DNA of 64,000 nucleotides from Barthelona sp. PCE (lineage: Eukaryota), in NCBI GenBank assembly GCA_040285745.1, contig JAUFOR010000003.1, positions 1,116,001 to 1,180,000 on the forward strand, read 5' to 3'. The notes beneath the pieces were generated by a model. The model was not told where the DNA came from, made no database searches, and was given only the letters and a program-made list of their open reading frames with translations. Numbering within the stretch: the first letter of the stretch is position 1; every line of letters begins with the position of its first letter. Position numbers and translations under genes: made by a program. Below, piece after piece: positions 41,991 to 51,245 of this stretch.

Positions 41991-42470
41991 TTATAAGTCA
42001 GTCAATTTAAGCTCATCATCATTTTCCTTCTGCTCTGAAACGTTTCTGTCAGAAATAACTGCTTTCTGACCTGCATCTCGCTTCGGTCCGCCTTCAATAT
42101 CAATTCCAAAGTCTAAATCAGGCTTTGCAACAACTTTATCTCCTTCATCAGAATCCTTCTTCTTCTTTGTTGATGACTCAATAACTGATTGAGACTGTTT
42201 GAGTTCATGAATAGAACGTTGTAAAGATTCTACAGTTTCTCTCAAACGACGTACTTCCTCTTTCTTTGCTGCATTTGTCGTTGGGAGGATAGATTTGAGT
42301 GTTTTCAGCAACAAGCCCGATCCTTGGACAATAGGTCGTCCTAAATTTTTAAAATAATGACGATCGGGGAGTTCTCGTTTTAAAAGATCAATGTTTGGAA
42401 TAAATTGCTGCTTTTTTGCAAGATGATCGAATGCAGCCGTGCGTTTATGACCCATAAATGTTTCTGACAT
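41991..42470 (-). CDS. Hypothetical protein
   Basis: 159 aa ORF with a short coiled coil. Confidence 0.6.
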   Translation of the reverse strand: MSETFMGHKRTAAFDHLAKKQQFIPNIDLLKRELPDRHYFKNLGRPIVQGSGLLLKTLKSILPTTNAAKKEEVRRLRETVESLQRSIHELKQSQSVIESSTKKKKDSDEGDKVVAKPDLDFGIDIEGGPKRDAGQKAVISDRNVSEQKENDDELKLTDL

Positions 42471-42822
42471 TTGTGAAAAGGTTAATATAAGCGTATTACG
42501 ACCGTATGAAGTTTTAAACTTTTAACTTACTTATTAGATGGCTATCCAGCAGATACATTCAACAACGAGTATTGAGCTGTCTTGTAAAGCGATAAAGACT
42601 ACAATCTGCATGAAAATTTGCAGGTTACTGCTTTCTTAAGATAGTTAAGTTTCACACATATGAAGCACGTTTGAATATATATAGACCATCTTGAAGCAAA
42701 CGATGTCAGTGTAAAACCATCTGATGTATTGAAGAATTTATATCTACCCTTCTCAAGGTTTTGACGTATCACACACATTTGCTTTCACCCCGTTATCCGC
42801 ATTATACAAATTAAAAGAAACA

Positions 42823-43371
42823 ATGGGATTATTTTCACGCTTAATGGACTGGCTAAGGTCGCTCTTCTGGAATTCAGAAATGGAAATTGCGTTAGTAGGA
42901 CTCGCTGCTGCAGGAAAGACAACGTTTGTTAACGTTCTTTCCGGGAATGAATTCAGTGAAGCAAGAAAAGCTACACTTGGTGTTAACGTTCAAAGATTCC
43001 AACAAGGAGCATGTTCAGTAAGAGCATGGGATGTAGGAGGCCAACAAAGGTTTGTAAGCAGCTGGGAACGCTACTGCAGAGGTTGTGATGTTATTGTTTT
43101 TATGATCGATGGCTCTAACCCTAGTACTCATATGAACGCAAAGGAGGAGCTCTTTAACCTAGTCAACAGGCCCACCCTCCTGTCTATTCCTGTGTTGATT
43201 CTTGCAAATAAGTGTGATCTACCTGGCCATGTAAGTGAAGCACAATTATCAAACATTTTAGAGTTAAAGGAATTAAAGGGAGACCGTGACATCGCAATCT
43301 ATGACATCAGTTGCAAGAATTCACATAATTTAGATGTTGTAATGCGTTGGTTAAATCGTTTTAGTCGATAG
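42823..43371 (+). CDS. ARL8: ARF-like GTPase ARL8
   Basis: MDWLRSLFWNSEMEIALVGL, GKTT, WDVGGQ, WERYCRG, NKCD, ISCK. Confidence 0.92.
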   Translation: MGLFSRLMDWLRSLFWNSEMEIALVGLAAAGKTTFVNVLSGNEFSEARKATLGVNVQRFQQGACSVRAWDVGGQQRFVSSWERYCRGCDVIVFMIDGSNPSTHMNAKEELFNLVNRPTLLSIPVLILANKCDLPGHVSEAQLSNILELKELKGDRDIAIYDISCKNSHNLDVVMRWLNRFSR

Positions 43372-43415
43372 TTAGACTCTAGTAAATTAATAATTTTTAT
43401 TTCTCAATGAAATCG

Positions 43416-46400
43416 TTATGTAACCGGATCAGCACGTGTGAATGGTCTAATACCTCGTTCCAACAAGGTTAGGTATATATTCTTAACTTCATCAACCTGT
43501 GATTTAATATCTTTTGATGTCATGTACGATGCAGGAAGATTCTGAACCGACTTGACCAGCTTTGCAGTTCTTAATACCGCGGGAGCACTACTATCTGTCC
43601 CAACAACGCCATCAAAAATGAGATTGCAATTGCCGTTTATACTGTCACTGATCAAACATCCTAATGAAGACACGTCTTCAACTTTATCTAGAATCATGTG
43701 ATCAAACTCACTCAAAACAAATGCGTAATCACTTGGGACGTAAATAAATTGAATGGATGTTTGTAAAACATGTGGCTTTTGCTTATTCTTAACATTTAAC
43801 TGCCACATAATACCTAATGGCTTGTTGAATTCGATCTCTCCCAAATTCTCAGGATCCATATCCTCACAGCCACCGTACTGAACACGGTTACAAGCGGGAT
43901 ACAGGAAGAGGTCGTTATCAGAAGCTGCACACTTTCCTGTAAGCGGTGAACAAACAAAACAATGCTGCTTAATAACAAAGTCAGCACGTTTCTTATGAGC
44001 TAGTCGGCTTGCTACACTACAAAGTTTCTCAAATCCTCGTAGGAATTCATCTTTCGAATACCCAAACACAATCATGTTAGTACCTTGACCCTTCAACAAT
44101 TGCTCCAACAGAGGCCCAATGGACCTTTCCATTGTCACAGATTTGCCAACGCGGTCAACAACGTTTGTCATACCGCACAGCTCAAAGGTGCTACTGTTAA
44201 TTACGTTAGCTTCCTCGTTCTGCAACGATATAAAACTCAACCCACATCCAACTGCTCTCTCGAAGTCTGTTTGGATGAGTAGACGCTCTTTCTTCTCAGA
44301 CTTAGCCTGTTCTACCGCTTGCTTACCAGCTTTCTTGAGCTTCTTGAGTTGCTTCTTTGTTGATGACAGATCTCCCTCCAACTTCTCAAATGTCTCACCG
44401 AACTTGGACAACTCTTCGATTCCCTTCACTTTATCTTCAACAGTATTATTCAGTTCAGCTATAGTGATATTGTGCTCAGCAACTGTACTTTCTTTGGTTT
44501 CAACCTCACCTGTTAACGATGATACAGTTTCCTTCAGCGACTGCATCTTTGCATCAAGCTGTGGGTTCTGAGAAGCACCCGAGATGGACTTGATTCCTCT
44601 CTCGAATTTTTCCTGCGCCTTCTGCATGTCAGATGCATGATCTGCTGTAAGTCCTGCCAATCTTTTATCGCCCTGCTCTCTTACTTTTACGATTTGAGCC
44701 ATAACACGCTCAACATCGCGCTGCTGGGCACGCAAAGCATTCAACTCCTGCTTAACACCATGCATCTTCTTTTCCGTCTTCTCGACCGATCCTTCAGTCT
44801 TTTTCTTGTGTTTTGCGAGTGTTTCCAGTTGTTGTACCATCTGGGCCTCTCTCAAGTCTAAATCACCGCGGAAACGGTTCATTTCGTTCTTAAAGGTACG
44901 CAGCAAGTCTGCTAGGGTATTTTCATGCTCTTTCCTCATGTTTTCAACATCCTCATCGAACATAAGCTGCTTTTCAGCACGAACAATAGCAAAAGCATCG
45001 AGTTCTTTCTGTATCTCTCGCTCCTTCTTTTTCAAGATCTTCTCGTGTTCCTTCGGCGCAATATAGTCCACATACTCCTTGTGCACGAGCTCTTCCTCCT
45101 CTTTCATTACACGCTTTATCTCCTTTTGGAGTTCTTTGTTCGAAATCATCGAATCTCTCGCTTTCTTCAAGTTCTCAAGATGTTCTTGCTCCTCCAGTTC
45201 CTGATGCAACTCCTCCATCTGGCGCTGGTGCTCAGATAGAGGCATAGAGCCATCTGGTCCCTTCTTAATCTCACTGACAATACGGTCATGTTCGCTGCGA
45301 TCAATGTGCGTGTTGTTAAACTCAGCAATAGCTATATCCAGTGCTTCTTTCGTCAACAACTGCGATAATGTCGTTTGCAGCGATGCAATTTCAGCCAATA
45401 CCTCCTGAAATGATGGTTCAAGAATAGTAGTCTGCAATAATTCACTAAGTTTTTGAGTGAAAGGCAACAATGACAGATCTGTCACCTTAACAGCGTTCTC
45501 TCTAACCTTTGGCTGACTCTTACGTTCCTCAATTGCAACATTGATTTCACTACTCAATTCGATTTTTTGACTGTTTAGTTGTTTAATAAGCTCGTACATA
45601 CCAATTCCTTCTTTGATAATCTCAATATCGCCCTCAAGATGGAGTCCTCCACCAAGGATATTGAGCTCTGCTTGTTTTGAAACCCCAACTCGATCTAATT
45701 TCTTTAGCTTTTGAGTGAGTTTATCAATTTTCTTCTTCAACTCCTTGAATTCATTCATCTCATCTAATAATCCTGCTTGACGATAATCGCGACGTGATGG
45801 TTCTCTACCATGATGATCTTTTCTGTAAGACTCGATGAAAGAACTGATGATTGGTTGAAAAGAAGTGAGTTTGTTCAATAATTCAGTCTTTTCATTGTTA
45901 AGCTCTGTAATCCTCTCCGTTACTTCATCTATTTCTTTCTGAAGTTCATTGCTTTCCTTTTGCTTCTCCAAAATAACAACCTTCTTCTCATTTAACGCAT
46001 TCAATTTGAATTGCAACTCTTCCTTTTCACTAATAAATTCGTTAAGGGAGAGCGTAATTTCCTCTGCAGTTGGTAAAACACCAAGATCATCAGTTTGCTG
46101 TTCTGAATCTACCAGTTCAACTGGCTCACTCCACCTTGTTTGATTATCCAACCACTTTGCTTCCAAATCTGCCAGATCTTCCAATCTTTCAGATAGATTT
46201 TGATCAAATTGATTGACTTTTTCAGATTGTGAAACAAAAACTGTCTTCACAATATCTTGATATACTTCACGTATTTGATCTATAAGAGCACTAAATTCTT
46301 CAAGTTCTTTTGTTTTTTCATCAATAGAATCATTAGGAAAGAAAGATGAAGTATACTCAATAAACATTTTAATTACTTTGGAACTGAAATCTTTAGTGTT

Positions 46401-46955
46401 CTCAAGTGATATACTGGTAGCTTCAAGCCTTTTAACTATATCCTGCAATGCAATATCAATTTCATTGTCAAAATTTTTTTTTGTTTCAATAAGAGTCTCT
46501 GTCTTCATTTCGGCCTCTTTACGGAGATCTAGCGTTTCGTTGCTCAGACTGAGAAGGTTATCTGACAGATCAAAGCTCTCCTTTTGAAGATCATCGAAAC
46601 TTAACTGCAACTTTTTGATTCGTACATCAAACTCTTCTCGTTCTTTCTCTGCGTAATCAACGAGCTGGTTAGTGATGGACTCGAGTTCGAGCTGGTTACG
46701 CTGTTCAAACTGCTTGAACTTCTCAGATATGATCTTAAGCCTTTCTGAATAATGTTCTTTTAGTTTGTTAATTCTACGATGAATAGACTTAACAACCTGT
46801 GATACGATGGCCAGAGGGACGATTGTTTCTTCACCCTCGTGTGCACCGGCGATTGTATGCTTCCTCAAGATGCTTTCAAAGCTAATTTCGGATTCAGACT
46901 CCTCGGTCTCTGTTGTCGACACAATAAACGGCTGACTCTCGACTGTAACGCTCAT
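43416..46955 (-). CDS. Long coiled-coil protein with a degenerate C-terminal kinesin-14-like motor homology domain
   Basis: About 880 aa coiled coil followed by remnants of the kinesin-14 neck and motor (ERLLIQTDFERAVG, PLLEQLLKGQGTNMIVFG, LISDSINGNC, LRTAKLVKSV). No GxxxxGKT. Confidence 0.6.
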   Translation of the reverse strand: MSVTVESQPFIVSTTETEESESEISFESILRKHTIAGAHEGEETIVPLAIVSQVVKSIHRRINKLKEHYSERLKIISEKFKQFEQRNQLELESITNQLVDYAEKEREEFDVRIKKLQLSFDDLQKESFDLSDNLLSLSNETLDLRKEAEMKTETLIETKKNFDNEIDIALQDIVKRLEATSISLENTKDFSSKVIKMFIEYTSSFFPNDSIDEKTKELEEFSALIDQIREVYQDIVKTVFVSQSEKVNQFDQNLSERLEDLADLEAKWLDNQTRWSEPVELVDSEQQTDDLGVLPTAEEITLSLNEFISEKEELQFKLNALNEKKVVILEKQKESNELQKEIDEVTERITELNNEKTELLNKLTSFQPIISSFIESYRKDHHGREPSRRDYRQAGLLDEMNEFKELKKKIDKLTQKLKKLDRVGVSKQAELNILGGGLHLEGDIEIIKEGIGMYELIKQLNSQKIELSSEINVAIEERKSQPKVRENAVKVTDLSLLPFTQKLSELLQTTILEPSFQEVLAEIASLQTTLSQLLTKEALDIAIAEFNNTHIDRSEHDRIVSEIKKGPDGSMPLSEHQRQMEELHQELEEQEHLENLKKARDSMISNKELQKEIKRVMKEEEELVHKEYVDYIAPKEHEKILKKKEREIQKELDAFAIVRAEKQLMFDEDVENMRKEHENTLADLLRTFKNEMNRFRGDLDLREAQMVQQLETLAKHKKKTEGSVEKTEKKMHGVKQELNALRAQQRDVERVMAQIVKVREQGDKRLAGLTADHASDMQKAQEKFERGIKSISGASQNPQLDAKMQSLKETVSSLTGEVETKESTVAEHNITIAELNNTVEDKVKGIEELSKFGETFEKLEGDLSSTKKQLKKLKKAGKQAVEQAKSEKKERLLIQTDFERAVGCGLSFISLQNEEANVINSSTFELCGMTNVVDRVGKSVTMERSIGPLLEQLLKGQGTNMIVFGYSKDEFLRGFEKLCSVASRLAHKKRADFVIKQHCFVCSPLTGKCAASDNDLFLYPACNRVQYGGCEDMDPENLGEIEFNKPLGIMWQLNVKNKQKPHVLQTSIQFIYVPSDYAFVLSEFDHMILDKVEDVSSLGCLISDSINGNCNLIFDGVVGTDSSAPAVLRTAKLVKSVQNLPASYMTSKDIKSQVDEVKNIYLTLLERGIRPFTRADPVT

Positions 46956-47051
46956 TTACCCTTTTAAAAAAGACATTGCCTCAAATAATTGTATAAAGAA
47001 TAAAACAGGCTTGTATTGCACTATATAACCCATTTCTTTATATCAGTAGTC

Positions 47052-48470
47052 ATGCCGGGGAAGCGTAAATCCAAGGTTAAGCTAACGATGGGCAAAATCC
47101 TTGAGGATAGAGAATATTTTGCAAAAGGCAGTCGTGCTTTATTAGATCACAACATATTTCTCAGTTGGGAGGCTGACATTGACAATTCAACGTCCATACT
47201 CGTACTCAATAAGCTCAACGGAGAAGGGGGATACATCAATTGGTTTACTCATTCCTTTCATGATCGAGTTATCACTGAAGCGTTCGAGTTTGAGGTCGAG
47301 GAGGAAGCGTTCATCTTCATTCTGTCAGTGGATTTAATGCAACACACATATATATCGTGCATTAGCCTTTCATTCTCAATGTTTGTCTATGACAAAGAAC
47401 TTTATAAACACCCAATTTGGGCGGATTCTCTGGTCTCTTGCTTCAACAGGAAGTACCCTGAAGTCCAAAATCCCTTTGTTGTTATACTCACGGAAGATGA
47501 TTCACTATTCCAAATTGCTTGCCCTGAAGAAGTAGCAGATATCAAACTCAATAAGGTTCATTTTGATATTGAACTCACAGACGTTTCATTTACAGATGAT
47601 TATTCAGCGTTTTTAATATTAGATGTTAAGGGTAATGTACATATCGGTAATATTTCACCTGATGGAAAAGAGTCGAATTTCTCTGTGATTAGCACGGTAA
47701 GTAATGCCGTGTGCACTGGTCCTGAAGGAACGCTAATGATCACATCTGGTTTAGTTGACGTAAACGGTGTATGTATTGTGCAGTTACCAGAGAATCTTGT
47801 TGATCCACAACCTGTTTATGGTCTACCAGGCATGTTTGTTGTTGATGATGTGTTATGTTCTGTTTTTCTTAAAGATAGAGAATTTTCTTTTACTCTTCAA
47901 AATAACTCAACAATTTCAAATGTTATGATACATGATGATGTTGTATATGTTCTCAGTGATCGTTATTATCTTACTTCTAATTTGAGTAATAGTGAAACAG
48001 TATCCGATTTCTTGGATGAACCGTTCTACTTGAATATGAATCAAAAAAAACCCAGTTTGTCAGTTTTACTCGAAAAAGATTGCTTGGATCTTGCTTTTGA
48101 ATTATTTGATAACAATATTGTCATCAACACCTTAATAGAGATGGATAAAGAACATCTACTATATACAGCAGCCTTTTCTCCTGATGAATTACATCAAATT
48201 TTACCATTATTACCACATACCATTGTTGACGAACGTATCTCAATTCATGATGCTATTTGTCTTGCTTATGGTGTTCCAGAATATATCAAAAATGAAGAAT
48301 TAGGACAATTCTTTGATCAATTAACAAGAGAAGTTATTGAAAAAAAAACTAGCATTGAAGAATATCAAGAAAAAATTAAAGAAAAAATGAAAACAAGGAC
48401 TATCCACAAAGGATTGTTCTTAAACACACCTAATCAAAATGATTTAAAGAGAAAAGCCAGTGATCTATGA
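47052..48470 (+). CDS. Hypothetical protein (beta-rich N-terminus, helical C-terminus)
   Basis: 472 aa ORF from ATG 47052. Confidence 0.65.
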   Translation: MPGKRKSKVKLTMGKILEDREYFAKGSRALLDHNIFLSWEADIDNSTSILVLNKLNGEGGYINWFTHSFHDRVITEAFEFEVEEEAFIFILSVDLMQHTYISCISLSFSMFVYDKELYKHPIWADSLVSCFNRKYPEVQNPFVVILTEDDSLFQIACPEEVADIKLNKVHFDIELTDVSFTDDYSAFLILDVKGNVHIGNISPDGKESNFSVISTVSNAVCTGPEGTLMITSGLVDVNGVCIVQLPENLVDPQPVYGLPGMFVVDDVLCSVFLKDREFSFTLQNNSTISNVMIHDDVVYVLSDRYYLTSNLSNSETVSDFLDEPFYLNMNQKKPSLSVLLEKDCLDLAFELFDNNIVINTLIEMDKEHLLYTAAFSPDELHQILPLLPHTIVDERISIHDAICLAYGVPEYIKNEELGQFFDQLTREVIEKKTSIEEYQEKIKEKMKTRTIHKGLFLNTPNQNDLKRKASDL

Positions 48471-48487
48471 CAGTACTAATAAAAACA

Positions 48488-49342
48488 TTACAGATGCCTC
48501 TTATTCACTGCACTGTTCATGTACGGCCTCAAGGCCCATTCTACTTCTGCTTCAGCCATGTCCATAGTACCAAGGATAATCTTGTACGGTTTCATTTCGA
48601 AACGTGGACCTTGTTCTGCTACTGTCACTTCATTTTCTTCGTTCTTATAGATAAAATGACGGAATGATATATAATCTTCGGTATTATTAAACACCATGAG
48701 GCGCTTAGAAAGTGGTTTAGGAACTGGAAATAAATATTTCAAAATATTTGTAACTCGTGCACCCAATTCAGTAGAAAAACCTTCAAATATCAACTTAGGA
48801 TATGCTTCAGATAGCTTCTCGACATCCTCGAGATCATGACGTAAAATTGTATTCTCTAAAGCAAAATATGCCGTTGGTCCATATGGCATATGTGAAATTA
48901 TCAACCCATCTGGGACACCCTGATGCTCATGACAGACAATGAGATCTGTGACATCGTATCTGCGAGCAATGTCTACCAACTCAGGTACAATAATATTACC
49001 TCTGTTCATACGCTCAGCATTGGGGAAAATCAAACGAAGCTCTTTTGCAAATTTCATCAATCTACTTGACGGATTACGGCATGTGGTAATCATGATGGAT
49101 GGATCACGCTCTGTAGCGTTGGAATACTCATCATCCATATCCATTTTTTCTGTAAGCTCGTCTTCGTTCTGCATTTCATGCAACATGTCTTCTGCACCTT
49201 CGCGATACTGACCGGGGAGTGCGGTGGATGACTCTAGTGCCTCTTTAATACGTTGTTTCTGTTCAATCTTGGATTTCTCTCTGCTCTCAACGTTCTTGCG
49301 ATAAAGGAAGTCGCGGCGCATACGATTTGCTGTTCTGATCAT
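48488..49342 (-). CDS. IMP4: U3 snoRNP protein IMP4 (Brix domain)
   Basis: RMRRDFLYRK, ITTCRNPSSRL, HEHQGVPDGLIISHMPYGPTAYF, EQGPRFEMKPY, EWALRPYMN. Confidence 0.95.
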   Translation of the reverse strand: MIRTANRMRRDFLYRKNVESREKSKIEQKQRIKEALESSTALPGQYREGAEDMLHEMQNEDELTEKMDMDDEYSNATERDPSIMITTCRNPSSRLMKFAKELRLIFPNAERMNRGNIIVPELVDIARRYDVTDLIVCHEHQGVPDGLIISHMPYGPTAYFALENTILRHDLEDVEKLSEAYPKLIFEGFSTELGARVTNILKYLFPVPKPLSKRLMVFNNTEDYISFRHFIYKNEENEVTVAEQGPRFEMKPYKIILGTMDMAEAEVEWALRPYMNSAVNKRHL

Positions 49343-50227
49343 AGTTAGAGTGTTAAAATGGAAGCGAAAAGTTTAGATAAGGGGGGGAATTGTAGCTTCA
49401 ACTTCACATTTACTTTTACTTAATGAAATAAGGCTATAGATAGTTAACTTCTTACTTGCACCATATATGAGTGCAAAAATCCCTTGTTTACTTGCCAAAG
49501 ATAAAATAATTTTTCAAGTTACTGTTCTCACATATCGACAATTAAGTCCTGTTTCACATGATAATGAGGTACAAAATCCTCAGCGATACTTTAGGGAGAG
49601 AACAGCAAAAAAACCCGGCTTGGAGCTTTAATTCCTTTTCAAAGTGCATTTTTTAGTCATCAGCAGTGGAATGACATATGCTAGATATTTGCGCACTTTT
49701 TCACGAATAAGTATGTATGGAATACACGTCTAATATGTGCACTACTTTTGTTGCAATTAATGTTTCCCTATTAGTCAATTCACTAAGCTTTACATCGTTT
49801 TCCGGTATGGGAGACTGTCTTTAGCTTAAACAACAAGCTCAGTTTGTGGTTTTTTTAGGAATACAATTTAGGAACGACCCAGATATTTATGCCAGTTGAC
49901 CACTACTAATCCACAGAAGTGATGAAAATACGATGCCTAAGCACGTTTTTATTGACATATTCTAATAGTATCTAGCTAATTTTTCCTAAATAATCGGAAT
50001 ACTTTCCAAAACTTCAAGAAGAGTTTCACTGCCGAAATTGAGTTGAATCAACTGTTGTCAGTTAAGTAAAATCTGCAAAATTTCCAATTACCTTTATCAA
50101 AGGTTCTTTGCACTTGTTTTTATTTATTAAACGGATAACAAACGACCCAAGTGCATTCAGCTTTATCTATCAAAACTTTATAGACTCTATTCGTTGCACA
50201 AACTCATCCTTTTTTTTTTTTACATTT

Positions 50228-50929
50228 ATGATGCCTCATCGTAAAAATGGTTATTCAGATGGGCTCAGAACCCGTACGCGTATCACTTTCACCGAAGCGC
50301 AATTACAAACTCTTCGAGGTTTTTTCAATATTGAAAGTCACCCATCCAGTCGAAATCCCAATGAGTATAAACGTATTGCTAAACAGACAAATCTCCCTGA
50401 GAAAACTGTACGCATTTGGTTTCAGAACCAACGTGCTCGACAAAAACGTTCTAGAACTGGTAATGGAGAAGGTTCTCAAACTTCAAAGTCTGCGGAGTAT
50501 TTTAACAATCCTCAAACGTCAAATCATTTCCAGATGTATCAAATGTATATGTATCAGATGATGTTACAACAACAAATGATGCAACAACAACTTCAATCTC
50601 AAAATGCTGATGATCCAGAAGTTCAAGCTCAACTTCAACAGCAACAACAACAACAAATGGCTGCTTGGCAACAAATGCAAATGATGTACCCCCAAATGAC
50701 TGGTACAGAACAAGATGCTGCTGTTATTGCTGCAGCTGCTGGTGTAGATTCTAGTGCTGGTATTGCTACTGGTGTAACAACAGATAGTACAATAACAAGT
50801 GATATTCCTATGAATCCATTGGTTGAAACTCAGGTTAGTAAGCATGAACAACCTATTCAACATGAACCTAAGCTTGACTTTATTGTCTCAGCTAATCCCT
50901 TACAAGAACCCCATAATCAGCAGCAATAG
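50228..50929 (+). CDS. Homeobox transcription factor with Gln-rich tail
   Basis: RTRITFTEAQLQTL...TVRIWFQNQRARQKR, followed by a Q/M-rich region. Confidence 0.88.
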   Translation: MMPHRKNGYSDGLRTRTRITFTEAQLQTLRGFFNIESHPSSRNPNEYKRIAKQTNLPEKTVRIWFQNQRARQKRSRTGNGEGSQTSKSAEYFNNPQTSNHFQMYQMYMYQMMLQQQMMQQQLQSQNADDPEVQAQLQQQQQQQMAAWQQMQMMYPQMTGTEQDAAVIAAAAGVDSSAGIATGVTTDSTITSDIPMNPLVETQVSKHEQPIQHEPKLDFIVSANPLQEPHNQQQ

Positions 50930-51245
50930 TGGTGGTATATTTTCAATTTTTCTTTTTGTAGATTAATATTATCGGTTTTCACGGCATTTATGTTGTTATA
51001 AATGCTTATATTATCTACAAATTGCTGTTTTATCTAGAATAAAAATATTTTAAAAGCCTGTTCTATTTTTTTTCAAATGCAAGATCTATAATATGCTTTT
51101 TTCAGGAAAACTGTGCATTAAAGATTGCCAAATCTGAAAAAAACAAGATTATTATGGATATATGAAGCTATAATAACGTTTCACACCTCTTCCTTGTTAT
51201 AATTTATTTTGTGTGGTAAGATTTCGCACTTTGGGCATTTTTAAG

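Noticed and set aside
49782-49820. CTAAGC...ATGGGAGAC resembling 5S rRNA internal boxes
   Set aside because: Spacing is too short and there is no 5S terminal helix or other conserved sequence.
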